Positions 13,598 through 27,728 of a stretch of 64,000 nucleotides of DNA are shown piece after piece (position 1 is the first letter of the stretch; each line of letters begins with the position of its first letter). The position numbers were made by a program, and so were the translations under genes. A model generated the notes under the pieces. It was given only the letters and a program-made list of their open reading frames with translations. It had not been told where the DNA came from and did no database searches. The DNA comes from Chrysomallon squamiferum (Eukaryota > Animalia > Mollusca), in NCBI GenBank assembly GCA_012295275.1, contig CM022670.1:21142001-21206000 (forward strand), read 5' to 3'.

Positions 13598-13619
13598 GTC
13601 ATTACTATTACTACTCCTT

Positions 13620-13658
<39 letters not shown>

Positions 13659-13680
13659 CTGCGGCTATTGCTACTGTTGG
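13598..13680. repeat. (TAC)n/(TAT)n trinucleotide microsatellite
   Basis: Direct reading; accounts for the poly-T/L/S ORFs at 13562-13889. Confidence 0.95.
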
Positions 13681-14396
13681 TAATCTTGTTATTACCGCTA
13701 CCACCAACAACACCATTAATGCTTCCACTAATACAATCACATCCATTACCATTTACCACGACTGCTCTTTTAATATCTTCGCCATTACTAATGTTAACAG
13801 TTACATTACTGCGGAACTTATATTGCATATTTTGTAACAATACAATTTTATCACATTCAATTTCTATACTGAATAATTATAGAAACTGAATGTAATATAT
13901 ATATATATATATAAATTTAACTTTTAATCTGAAAAACTGTAAAAAATTCTACGTTGTTCCATTACACAAAAATATGTGTGTACAATACTGTTACATTCTC
14001 CAAAAGCAAAATACCTTTCCATTCTTATTACCAAATGCTGAAAACTCGCACCTTCACGACATATGTACTGTAATTACTGATGGCTCTAATTTCATAAGAT
14101 GTAGTGTCGAGGACAAATGTGATGAACCACTAATTTCGTTTTAAAACATTATCCCATATCATTTGCACTTTTATAAATCGCGTCTGCTGCTGTAAACAGG
14201 TTCACGTCTGCTACGACAAGAAACACGTGACGCAGATGTTGAACACAAATTGATTTAAAAAAAAAAAATGTGAAATTGAAATGAACATTGGACATATTGC
14301 TACAATAGGCGGTCAGTGCAAGAAATAAGTGGTATTATTATTATTATTTTAAACCGTTACTCTTAAATCCAAAATAATGTGTTGAAGGTTATCTGT

Positions 14397-14437
<41 letters not shown>

Positions 14438-15950
14438 ATTAAATAACAAAACAAAATAAAATAAAATTCAAATAAATAAAATAAAATAAAATAAAATAAA
14501 AAAATAAAATAAAATGAAAAATTTCTTATTTGAATGTAACAAAACACTGTTAAATTTCACTTGTTGCTAATCTCCGAAATGCAAAGAGTTATTTTTTCGA
14601 AAACAGCAATTCCTGGTTACAAAGAAAATGAATAAATTGGAAAAAAATAAAATAAATGAGATAAATTGGAAAAAAAAAAAGAGATTAAAATAGATTGAAA
14701 ATAAAACATCGTAAAATCAGATTACGTGTAGATTTTAAACAGTCGATATTTCCTAATTCTCTTATACTTCATCAACTTTCATGACCTTTTTTTTTTTTTT
14801 TAAGATAAAATAGCAAATGAGAAACTATACCTTGAATAAAACATGTATGTATGGATGTATATTTGTATATATGTATGTAATTAGGTAAGTACGTAGGTAT
14901 GTATAATCTGTTTATCTGCATGTATGTTGAACTTTACTCTTTATTTTTTTAACACTTTCGTAAAATCGGTTAAAAGTGGACTACTGTATCTTCATCATGC
15001 TTATTTTTGTTACCTAGCCTACGACTGATTAAGACAGTTTCATTACACAAACCATTTATTGGAAGACTTGTCTAATTTTGTTGTCATTAGTTCAATAGAA
15101 AAAAGAAAAGAAAAAGTAACACCCCCCCCAAACACACAGCAGAAAAACAAACAGCATAAAAAAAAACCCGACAAAGAAACAAGAAAACAACAAAAAACAC
15201 ACTCTAATCATTTGTGAATTAGATGCCAGAGTTATTATAGATATAACTGTATTTTCTACTCGTGTCCTTTGTATAAAGGTATTTGATATATAATTTAAAT
15301 GCACGAACATTAAGAAGTATGAAATTATTTCTTCAACTTTAAACTGATTATGTTTATAAAAGATAACAATTAGGATTTAGTTCCTTGCAACCTGTAATGT
15401 GCTTATAAAACGTTCGAGCTTTCTCTTCTAAATTTTACTTTTAACGTAGCATTAATTAATATTTTATTAATTCTAATAAAAAAATTGTTTATGTATTTAT
15501 GTATGTTTTATAGATTTTATTATTATACAAGATTTTAATGGGATAAGAATCTGTACGAGCAGGCTTGTAAGAAACCAAATTTGTGTGCTTTAGATTGAAA
15601 ATACGCATCAGAAAAATTAGATTTTGTATTAATATGTAATAAAAATAACAAAACATAGTCAACAACCAAACAAACAAAGGAAACCAACCAAACATACACC
15701 TAAAAAAAAAAAAATAAAAAAAATAAATAAATAAATAAAAATAAATTTAAAAATAAAAAACCCATAAAAAACCAAAAAGCAAAACAAGAACAAAAAAATG
15801 AATTATTAAATAAACCACAAAACAAAAATACCAAACAAATACTCCCACCACCAAGTAACAGTAAACAAATAAAAACAGAACAAAAAAAAAAAAAAAAAAC
15901 AACAACAACAAAAAAAAACCACCCTCATAACAACGTAACAACAACAAACC

Positions 15951-16255
15951 TGCTTAATTATTCTAGAAAGATGTATGTTGTTTAAACAAATGGATATGCA
16001 GGGTTGTATCCAACGACAGTGCCAGCTAAAAACGAGGTTAGCAACGACAATTTACCTTGTTTTTCAGACATTTGTCTCCCAACTAATTACGTATTTGCCA
16101 AGTTCTGTTACGTTTCGTTAAGGTGTGATGAATAATTAATATTTGTGTTCTTCAGTTACATGTCGTATATTCTGCAACAGTCAATGAAGTCAAACAGAAA
16201 GGTATAAATATTTCACACTTTGAAAATAGATGTGCAGGTGCAAATCCACTCTGGT
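15951..16255 (+). repeat. Diverged ~300 bp direct duplication, copy 1
   Basis: Collinear with 16855-17165. Shared blocks include TGCTTAATT, GGTTGTATCCA, GACATTTGTCTC, CAACTAATTAC, AAGTTCTGTTAC, TTCTTCAG, CAACAGTCAATGAA, TATAAATATTT and AGATGTGCAGGnGCAAATCCA. Confidence 0.92.
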
Positions 16256-16854
16256 TTAAATCGACTTTAAAAGCTGTTCACGCTTTTTGAAAAAGAGCCT
16301 ATCCGTACATAAAAGATGTTACATCTCTTTATAATAATGGATTAGCGTCTGAAATAATCTATGTTGATATAAATTAGAAATTATAAAGTTCTTTCCAATA
16401 CCAATTACAGAAATATAAATAAAATCATGATCAGCAGCAATACATGTAAAGATGAAATTTAAACAACACACACACCCACATCCACATATTTTTTAGTGGG
16501 GACAACAACACACACACATATTTTTTAGTGGGGACAAGTGTCTGTGCTATAAGGTTTATAAATAACCAAAGTGGCCAACATACATTTATGTTTATGTGTT
16601 TGGGTTTTAAAATGAACATAAGAAAATCAGATTTCTCATTTGTTTTTAACATCAAACATTACAATAAAAAAAAAAAAAAAAAAAAACATAATAAAAAACT
16701 TTTAAAAAACCCATCATAAAAAAAGAGAAAAAAACAACAGGGAAAAAACAACAAGAGATAATAAATAAATTTAAATTCTTTTAAAATTTGTTTTTAATAT
16801 TTTTTTTAGAAAATACCACAAAACTACATAAAAACAACAACAAACAAACTATAT

Positions 16855-17165
16855 GCTTAATTCTTGTTCTAAATTTATGTTTTTTTTAAACAACTGGATA
16901 TGTATGGTTGTATCCACTGATCTCAGTAGTGAAACAACGCTCACAACGAGGTCAACAACAACAATTTACTTGGTGTTGACATTTGTCTCTCAACTAATTA
17001 CATATTTGATAAGTTCTGTTACAGTTCCTTACGGTGCGATGAATGATTAATATCTGTATTCTTCAGCTGCACGTCATAGATTCTACAACAGTCAATGAAA
17101 CCAAAAAGAAAATTATAAATATTTTACATGTTGGTGTAAGATGTGCAGGAGCAAATCCAGACTGT
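16855..17165 (+). repeat. Diverged ~300 bp direct duplication, copy 2
   Basis: Same shared blocks as copy 1, offset ~905-910 bp. Confidence 0.92.
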
Positions 17166-17566
17166 GTTCAAGGGTGTCACAGATGACTCAAGCAAACAAA
17201 GTAACAAATAGTCAGTCTTTCTTATATTCATTTTACAACACATCTGCTTGTCGACCTACTGATACGAAATCTCCAAACCTATCTGTCCATCCAACCGCTC
17301 ATATATCCATCCTTAAATCAACAAGTATACCTCTTTACCTACCCGAATTTATATATATATCCACATGCTTGTCTCTCTGCCTTTCTGTCTAATTATTAAC
17401 GTACCTTTCTGCTTATCTATAACTATCTAAAGATTTAAAACAAAATTATTCAGAAGAAATAAAATATTAGTTACAAATAAAATACGTTTTTTTTTTTCTT
17501 ATTTTCCCCATAGATATAAATAATTTATAAATACATTTAAAAAAAAAAGAAGGTGAAAAATGATTC

Positions 17567-17620
<54 letters not shown>

Positions 17621-19175
17621 AAGGAAAAGAAGAAAAAAAATAGAAATGAAAAAAAAACTTAGCATTTAAAAAAACATTATCCAGGGAACTAGGAATAGGA
17701 TGTAGAGAGTCACCGCCACAAGAGACACTGATATGTGAAGACAAACTACAAATGCTAGAAGTAAAGTGATTTATTTTGTGGCGGTGCGCGAGTTGACAGA
17801 GAGGAAACAATAGAGAACAAAATTTTAAAATGTCAGCTGTCAGATGATTTACAAGGAATGGTTAAAAAAAAAGATGGAAGATAAAAGAAGACAAATGGAA
17901 AGCAATTTTGCTTTAAGATAATGGAATAATCTATACTTGCACTTCATGTTTTTTGTTTGTTTTGTTTTTTTTTATTAAAAAGAAAGAAAGGATGGAATAA
18001 TAAAAAAAAAACAGGTTTTATTTTCCTTATCGGTTGTAAAAGATAATTATATTTTTATCTTTTTTTAATATATATATATTCTGTACAGTTGCGTTTGTAT
18101 ACTAATTTTTCAGTTCTCTCTGCCTTTGTAGACACATAAGTGTATAGACTCTGTACTACGGAACTATCTTTTAAACAATGGCTTTAAGGCTTCAAGTAAC
18201 CGAATGTTACTATGGGGAGATATATTCAGCACAAACACATACTAACTTACTAATAATTTGAGCTAATACACATGCTTTTATTTTTCTTTTTTTTTATCAG
18301 ATAATCAGACTCTATCCAAACATGTCGTGCTTGAACCGTCAGCAAATGTAAAAATCTTTCAGATCGTTGAATGTTGAAATAAGATTCGTTGCGAAAACGA
18401 CCTATAGGCTACGACAAGCGTAATAATAAATCATGTCTGAAGAAAACTTAGACAAGTTTTCAATCAGAAATATCATCTCTGGGCGAAAACTATTACAACA
18501 TACTTACACTAACGTGTCCATATTCAGCTAAGATTTACGCGCGACCGTTAACTTTGCGTAATTGGATAAAGAGTTTGTAGTAGGACAGGAAAAGTATCGA
18601 AAATATTCATAGCACGTTAGCATACAAAATTAGATTTCAAAGTTCCTATGCATCTAGGGAATATCTACAGAGATGCTATGATATGTACCCACGACGGACT
18701 TGCGTATGCCTCCACCGAATGTAATCAAGTCAAAACGGATTGACTGAACTTCACGGAATACCGAACCAGCCGAGCAGAAGACATCCAAAAAGGGACATAA
18801 CTGTATAAACTTAACTCCTGAGTAAAATAAAAAGTCAGACGCAAAACGTATGCTTCTTCTCATAAAAAAAAAGAAGAGAACTTTGCCATTGTTCTATAAC
18901 ATATGACGTTTCCATAATTTTGTTTTTTTTTAATTGAAAAATATCGAAACACTAAAAAGCTTTCAAAAATCCGATATCTGTAAAGAGAGACGAGGGAAGA
19001 CTAAGCAGAATGATGTCATTTGCATAAGTAGTTGGAGGCAACTAGCCGGAAATAATTACAACGTGTAGTGCAGTAGTAAAAGCCGTGCTTTTAATGAACA
19101 AAGGAAAAGAAACATGCAGTTAGAACCTGAATGTTTATTTCGCGTCATTAGTAAACATAATGTCTGAAAAGAAAA

Positions 19176-19217
<42 letters not shown>

Positions 19218-19833
19218 AAAACTGCATAAGAAATAAAAGATATGCATAATAATGAAAGTAAACAAAAATCTGCGTAAGTAAAAGAAAATATGAACAAAAA
19301 GAGAAAAAAAAGAAAAAGAAAGGCAGATTCATTAATACAGTCTGTTTCACAGTTATATTTTAATAACGGATGAGATAATAATGACAAAAACACGTGTTCA
19401 TTATTGATGAATTAAAGGCAGCTCATTCATGCGTTAAGATAAAGCGATATAAGCTGAGTTCTTTAATTCAGCTACTTTTTCAAGTAACGACTTTGTTATT
19501 TTCACATTTGTATCAGTTAAAAATCAAACACGCTGTTATCGACTTCTGGCTAATACTATAAGACGGAGGAGAAAAGCTGCCGCGTTATCTAGCTTCACGT
19601 AAACAACAAGCAACAAAAGTTCTTTAAGAAAAGGCTTTGTTCCTTTGTCAGTTTTACCCATTAGGCTGGTAGAAGCTTCTTGAATGGAAAATGTAAAAAA
19701 TACAAAGAAAATAATAAATAAACACAAACGAAATCCTCGATGAAAGTATTTACAACAAGAATGCTATGAATACTTTTCATGATATTTTTGTCAAAATTAC
19801 ATAACACAATATTTGGACCATCTCCTTTTTTTC

Positions 19834-19864
<31 letters not shown>

Positions 19865-19997
19865 ATTTTTTTTTTTTAAAAATATGTTTTCTTTTAAAGC
19901 CGTTTGTTTCCTGGTTTATAATTATTACATCATCTTCTATGACCTTACCTGAATTTATCTGGTTAGTGGAAACGCATAATTTGTTCATTCCTTAAAA

Positions 19998-20399
19998 CAG
20001 GGGTGCGCAACCTGCGGCCGTTTCATTTCAAATATAACGAGGCTGTGTATCAGTATAAACACTCGTACAACATGACTTTCCTACGACTGTCAGATGCCGG
20101 ACACAACACGGCGTTCAGTATTCAGTTTTAGATCCGACAGTTTTAAAATAAAATAATATTAATAACTGTTTTATTTTGAATTTACTGGGAATCACAGAGC
20201 GATGAAGTCAGTTCTCATGGAAACACGTAAACGCACCCATTATTTATTTGCAGCATTTTAAGTCACAGAGGATCCTTGTTAGAAAATTATGCAAAATTAT
20301 ACATGTTACGCTCTCAGCTTTTACGCAGTCACAATGAAATTTGTGCCAGTGAAGTTAAAGCGCTGCGGCCTGAAAGATCAGAAAGTTGGCGCAGCTCTG
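19998..20399 (+). mobile_element. Non-autonomous hAT (Buster/Charlie-type) MITE, 402 bp
   Basis: 5' end CAGGGGTGCGCAACCTGCGGCCG. 3' end TGCGGCC...AAAGTTGGCGCAGCTCTG (reverse complement CAGAGCTGCGCCAAC). The 8-bp flanks CCTTAAAA (19990-19997) and ACTTAAAA (20400-20407) match 7/8, with the central TA typical of Buster-family TSDs. Confidence 0.85.
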
Positions 20400-21199
20400 A
20401 CTTAAAACATAACACAAACTATCAGAAACAACAGCAAGAAAATCCCGATAGAAAACACTAAAATCACTCAGAAACACGTTCATAAAGACATACAATCCCT
20501 ACAAGAAAAAGGAACAAAAATAATGATAAAAACATTATTATTTATTTTGACCTTTTTGTTATCTGAGAGTAGGAAATTGATTTACACATTAGTAGACACT
20601 TAAATCAATTGACATTAAAAAAAAAAAAGTGTAAAAAAAGAGATAAAGACCTTTTAAAATGGGTTTTCTTTTTTCTTTTCTTTTTCTGTTTTGTTCCTAA
20701 GGGTAAATCAAATTTTTACTCGAACGGGCGCAAATTAGGAAACATTTCCTTGCACTCATTCACTTGCACGTATGAAAAGCGGTGACACACAATCAGACAT
20801 CACACACAAACATACATACATACATATATGCGTGCATGCGTATAACATTATATATGTATTAATATGTAAAAAGGCAAAAACACACTTCTATTTTCTGATG
20901 TAAATTAGAATTATGCAGCATGTATATTTATTTCTCTCTCGTATTCTCGTCCTTCGCTCTCTTTCTGCTCCTACATTTCTCAGTCGATCTACACACATCA
21001 TTAACGATCATATATCTAAACTTCACATCAGACATTTCGTAATCAAATGATGCATGCACGCACGCACACATACATGCACTCAGTCACAGATTCTGGTCGT
21101 TTCATTTATTCTCGAACAATCTCTTCATTATCTTTAAACAAAACTTGGACATTCTTAACGAACTGGTAAAATGAACAAAACTTCTCCAGTCACTGTAAT

Positions 21200-21370
21200 C
21201 AAAGCGACATCTAGTGGCAGCAATTTGCAACATCGATCTCGCGTGCAGACTTCGTAAGCACGTGACGGCGGCCATCATTCATATGACGTAGCGTGTGACA
21301 GCAAAAATTACCAGCCTCCTTTATAAAAGAGTTCCCGATATTGGCACTTGTTTACAGAATCATTTCGGCT
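21200..21370 (+). promoter_or_regulatory. CpG-rich promoter-like module: CTCF-like site, E-box, YY1-like site, CRE-like site, TATA box
   Basis: GCGACATCTAGTGGC at 21204-21218 (reverse complement CCACTAGATGTCGC, close to the CTCF core), GCACGTGAC ~21258, CGGCCATC ~21269, ATGACGTA ~21283, TATAAAAG 21322-21329. Confidence 0.45.
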
Positions 21371-21750
21371 ATTTACACAGTTAGCTGAAACGCCGAGGCA
21401 ATATCCCGTTCGTTTTCCGTGCATCGATTGAGTGGTAAACGCTAGAATGGCTTAAATGTGTGCAACACTCTTTATTAAAGGATTTTCACTCGAAAATGTT
21501 GATCCTAAAAGCATTAACTGCACAAAGAGTGCGGAAAGGATTACATTTTGAATGAGGGAAATCATAAAACTCGATTTTTGTTTTCACTGTTACGTAATAA
21601 CGCTCTGAGAGATCTGTTTAATAATTAACCTGGAAATAAGTTAATGTATACGTTATCGAGTAAACTCGAAACCACTCTCTCTGACTCTATCATATCCTTT
21701 TAACAATGGACTAGGGCCGATCTGTCATTAGGCATCCCAATCTCTTTAAT

Positions 21751-21850
<100 letters not shown>

Positions 21851-23063
21851 ATCGCATCCATTTTCTGTCTGTTTTTCTTTGTTAAGTTCATTTTAGTTTA
21901 CGATCTTTCTTTCTCTGTTTTCTCTCCATCGAACGCTCTCTTCATTTCCTCTCTGAATGTCTTGACTGAGTAAACTAAATGATTACAATCTTACATCTCT
22001 GGACTGATCCATCTGTCTGGCTGTCTCTCTGTCTGTTCGTTTCAGTAAGTCCGTCTGTCTTTCTCTGACACACACTGTTGGCAGATGTAGGTGTAGCAGT
22101 CTAAGTTTGGGCTTCAGTAGGTCAAAGGGTCAACTGATTTACGTCTTACTATCCAAAATAGGAAAGTATCGAATTCCAAATCAGAGTGAATGCTTCCTGA
22201 AGCCCGAGTTTGGAAGCTCACTAATCAATTTTATATCGGTTTGACTATCGAAGATTTCTTAACAAGAGATCATGATAGTCCAGAAACTAACCCTGAATGG
22301 AAAACAAAAATCAAAGAGCACAAACAAACTTTAACCTAATTTATTTATGTGTGTTTGTTTCTTTATTATCAGTATTTAGGATTAAAGGAAAGAAGAGTGA
22401 AATGCAGACAGTACATGCATATACGTATAACGATAAAGACAGCCATAGAGATAAATGCTTATGGAATATGTTTCTATATTCAGACATAACGAGGTAAAGT
22501 TTCTGAACTGCTATCCATATTCAGTTGCTTTAATAAACATTCTTCCTTTATACAAAGAAGTGCATTTACCCTTGAAAACTAATTTTAAACATTCAAAACG
22601 TTAATAGAGTTTATACAATTGCTCCTTTTACTTTGTTTCACTAGACCTAATATTTAGTAACTAGAATGAAAAGCTTTTGATTTCATTTAGTATAAATAGA
22701 GAAAGATCCCATCTTCTGTGTTGGATGAAATTATGAAATTTTGAAGTGTGACTGGGTTTTTTATATAAAGTGCACGCATGAACAGTTACATCTCGTAAAT
22801 GAACGCGTTACAGGAGTTAGCCAACCGAGCAAAACCCAACCGAACCGAGTAACGGAAACGTAATTGTGAGACAACTGTGTTCGGTAACGTGTATTTACAT
22901 TTTATGGTTGAGTAACGTCATCTGTTGTGCCGTAATGATTAAAATAATTAGTCAAGCAGAACAACAATGCATGCATGTATATTTATTAATAAATACATAA
23001 ATGTGTAATTTGATAAGAGAATTGGCATTTTGTTTGACAATTCTGAATAATGCAACAGAGATT

Positions 23064-23216
<153 letters not shown>

Positions 23217-24919
23217 CTTTAGCTAGTCCACCATTTTCAAACTAAGTGATGCATATGCAGCAAAAGCTCTGGTATGTATTTTGCTTTCTGTGTAAAATGA
23301 ATGCGAATTATTCTTTATCACAGTTCGAAAGACGAAAGCCTAATAATCAGTGTGGACACATTTCATCTAGTTTGTGATTACATCTTCGTCGTTTATCTAT
23401 GCTGATACAACGTCCAAGTTACTAACACAACACCACAGGTATCTCAGACGAGGAAGACCATAACATTGTTACTCATTTATCTTACAAATGTCAAACCATT
23501 TTATCAGTCGTCTAAAGACAAACTCTCCACCTGTGGTCATCAACATCCGATTCAAATCAAAGCCAGTTTTCTGTATGTTGACATTGTTAATCTTTTAGAG
23601 AAGCTCCTAGAGTGACGGCTCTAGTTTCCCTTCTGGGGAAATTATACGTTAAAATAATATGTATATAACACGGAAATACTTGGGCAATACGTTCCATTTA
23701 CGACTGCTCCACGTCAATTTTAATCTAGTCCATTTCTGTTCCAAATAGTGCTACATGATTGCTGTACGACATCAGATTTACCCTTATTTTTACAATTATT
23801 TCAAAATTAAAATATTTCATATACGATGAAAATTAAAGAGTAAAATTTAATAGTATTATTTATTGCACTTAAACATTTATTTTCTTAATTTATTTTTGTA
23901 TCCAGTGAAATAATTTTATTTATTTCAACACACCAAAAGAATCGTGGAATACTTAATAATAATTACAGATGAAAAAAAAAAAAAAAAAAAACGTACCCAG
24001 CCGGTGAACTTGGTTTAATAATATCATTAATATTTTAATTACCAGTTCTTTTATTTACTAGCTGTTTTCCTCCAGACAATTTATAATACTAATATGTCTG
24101 TCTGCTCGACGCCGGCAACTGCCTTAACGTCGAGATTACGACGATCTGGTTTATCGCTTTGATTAGACGACGACCCGGGGGCGTCTGAGTTTATGCAAGT
24201 GGCAAAACATATTACCCAGAAATCTTTTGCATCAACAGGAGAGGGAAAATCATGTGATTGGCCATTTTTATGTGACGGCCATGACAGCAAATTGTGACGA
24301 AATTAGATTACTTATCGCTACAGCTCGTACAAGTCCGAATGCGTGCGTTTGTTCGCGTCGTCTCTTCTTTGTTAAAACGCCGAGAAAAGTTCAAAGGCGC
24401 ACCGCAGTCGAAGCAAAGGCAAACATTGTTCCTGCCCTGAAACAAACTTGCGGAGATTGTCGAAAACGTATAATATGAAAGAGTGGCGCTTTGAAGGACT
24501 TGTTAGCACGTATTATTAGAGCATTTTGCTTAAATGAAGACTGTGTCTATTTGAAATTAGTTTCCGCGTTTCTAAGGTCAGTGACATGAGTGGTACAGAG
24601 AATGAGCATATCTTGAAAACTACGGAAACTCCTTGTTTAAGGCGACCTCACAAGATGATTTTAAAAGACAGAACTGAATTTATATGCACATTTTCCAGAC
24701 AGGAAAACGCAGAGATTTTGAATTAACATAGAGCTGCATATAGCCCGCTTATTAATTATTTTTTGTTGTAATTTATTTGTTGTAATTTATTTATATATAT
24801 ATATATGTCTATCTTTCTATATCTTGTCTTTCTGTCTCTGTATATTTAAATATAACTATCTATCTGTCTGTCTATCTATCTATCTATCTTTTGAAAGTAT
24901 TATTTGATTCTCTGTCTCT

Positions 24920-25054
<135 letters not shown>

Positions 25055-25699
25055 AAAAAATACTTTCAAAATATACAAAAACTTAATTGGATTCCACACT
25101 CAGTCATTACTAGTCCCAAAATATAGCGATTACTTTCAACTTTCACTAAAGACGAAACCAAACTAAATTTACTTGTGAAATGAATTTGTAAAAAATATAG
25201 TTATAGCACGGCCACAAGTGCAATAACCAATTTGTTACAGACATAAAAAAAATTCCCGAAGTGTTGTGCAGATGAATAACGTAGTACTGAAATGAGTTTT
25301 CGTACGTTTTGTATGTAACACACGTTAGTAAGATAATTTATTTATTGTCAGTAAATGGATATTTGTGAAAGAAAAAAATAATATTCAAAATGAAAATGGC
25401 TGTAGAAAATAATTGTTTCATGAAGTTTGTAAAAACCAATTTATTTAAGGCGAATGTTTTTTTTTTTGGTTTGAAGAATTTTTTTTTTGAAGTTAAACTT
25501 TGACGATATGTTAGCCGTATTGTCAAACTAAAACCACATACGTTATCAACGTCGTAGTTATCAGCATCATCTTTTCCTCTTTTCCTTTACTGTCATCATC
25601 ACCACCATCATCATAATCAAAACCATTATTACTGATCATCATTCTTCATCTTGTTAATTATTCTCCTGCTACTTAATAACAAATTAAGACAGTATTATA

Positions 25700-26062
25700 T
25701 ATTACTACTATTACTTCTACTTTTTCACTACTACAGCTACTACTACAGCTATTACTACTATATGTACTTCTACTATTACTACTATAAGTGCAACTACTAC
25801 TACTACTATTACTACTATTACTGCTACTACTACTATTACTACTACAACTGTTCCTATTAGTACTACTATTATTACTATACAGCAACTACTACTATTACTA
25901 CTACAACAACTACTACTATTACCATTAGTATTACTACTACAACAGCTACTATTACTACTTCTGTTATTACTATGCAACAAATAATGTTACTAGTAGTGTT
26001 ACAACTGTTACTACTATTACTACTACTGCTATGCTACTGCTACTACAACTACAACTACAACA
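25700..26062. repeat. Degenerate (TAC/TAT/CAA)n trinucleotide array
   Basis: Direct reading; accounts for the poly-Y/S/V ORFs. Confidence 0.95.
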
Positions 26063-27690
26063 GCTTTTACACCTGCACATATTTCACAAATTCCTATTGT
26101 TATTACCATTACAGCAAAACCTTTTCTTCTACCACTGTCATTAATTCTTCTTTCTCCTCTACATACTACAAGACAATAACAAACTTTTGTTTTCAAAGTG
26201 TTTAATTTACAGCACCTTTAAAATGAAGTACAGTGTTAAGTAAAACCGTGCGAAGTTAACGAAATTCACGTTCCTAATCATTTTGTCTGACAAATAAATT
26301 AGATACTTAAAATACTATAAATAAAATATACCCAGACACCAACTACGGTAACGTATTTACACTTTATGTATCAAAAGACAAAACTAGTTTTAAAATGTAG
26401 ACGTCCTTGAATTGTGAGCCAAAGGCAGCGTATAAAAGTGTACCTTATGTTCTGTTATTAAATATCTGAATACATTTTATGTCTTTTACAAGTGAAATTC
26501 TAATATCAAATACTTGAAATATATTATATATTTTGCAAGTGATTGTTTTGTAATAGTGCTAACAAAGAGCTCAGTTCCATATTCGTTTACTTACAAGGTT
26601 TTATTTCCTATAAGAGACAAATCTTTATGAATAATAAAATATAAATGCAATAAAATAATTCAATAGTAATTCGTTGAATCTTAATTCTCATTTCTTTATT
26701 ACATATAAGACGTCATAAAAACTGACAGATGAAAGGATTTTGATCAGTCTACGACATGACGTCACAAGTACTATGAAAAATAATAAAAACAACAAAAATA
26801 ACAATATAAAGAATATGATTGAATGAATTAATGACTTCAGAATTTACATTAGTATTATACTTATTATACAACAACAACAACAACAACAACAGCAGTAAAA
26901 AATAAATAACCAAATAATCACACAGAAACTAAGAAATTTATTATCATTATTTATTCTTTTTTTTGAGCAGCAGTTTCTGTTTCATGTTGTGGTTACGATA
27001 GGCGCGACAGGTCGCAAGAACGACTGTCCTTTATGTACTTGTTTGTTACTTGTTATATCCTTTCACAATTCCAGTTCTTGTGTTTGTCAGAGAACGTCCT
27101 ATGTAAATACCTAGTTGTACTCTTTTGATCTCTGTAAATTATTTAATTACCTTTACTCATGACACCTGATGATGGAGGTAAACACATCTAAGTACAGTTT
27201 ACTTGTCAAATTTGTACACAGAGTTTCTATAATTAACTTTTTATGTCAGAATAACAGAACTGTTACTTGGTTTACTTTGACAATTATAAATTATTTAGAC
27301 GAAATCTCTAACCGTGCAGAAATTTTCTTTATCGGGAACAGAATATAAATTATTTAATTACTTACGTGTTTAAATGGAATAAAAGGTCAATGATTGTATT
27401 TGTGGCAAGAAATGTTGGAAAGGAGTATCTTCGAGACCGAATTAGTAGCCACGATAGGCGTGCATAAATGTTAATTGGATACACGCACACTGATCTTAAT
27501 TGATCTTAGCTGGCATATATCTGAGTCTATGTTTTTTTTTTCTATCCTTCGTTTCATTAATCAATAAATAATTCATTCTAATTGTCCGTCTGTCTGTATC
27601 CTTCTTTACCTACATGTATCACCCATCCATCCATCCGTCCATCCATCACATATCGATGCATCTATTTGACCATTTATCCGTATATCAGTC

Positions 27691-27728
<38 letters not shown>

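Noticed and set aside
15060-15084. TGGAAGACTTGTCTAATTTTGTTGT resembles mature miR-7 (same seed and 3' end)
   Set aside because: The middle differs and is 2 nt longer, and no complementary star arm lies upstream or downstream to form a pre-miRNA hairpin.
16132-17186. Both duplicated copies keep an open 39-codon frame (INICxLQLHV...RCAGANP)
   Set aside because: Hand count gives about 6 synonymous versus about 17 non-synonymous differences, as expected for neutral DNA; copy 1 has no ATG.
18700-18770. Imperfect hairpin (AGTCAA/TTGACT core) as a possible pre-miRNA
   Set aside because: The stem has several bulges and matches no miRNA I recognise; a folding energy and small-RNA reads would be needed.
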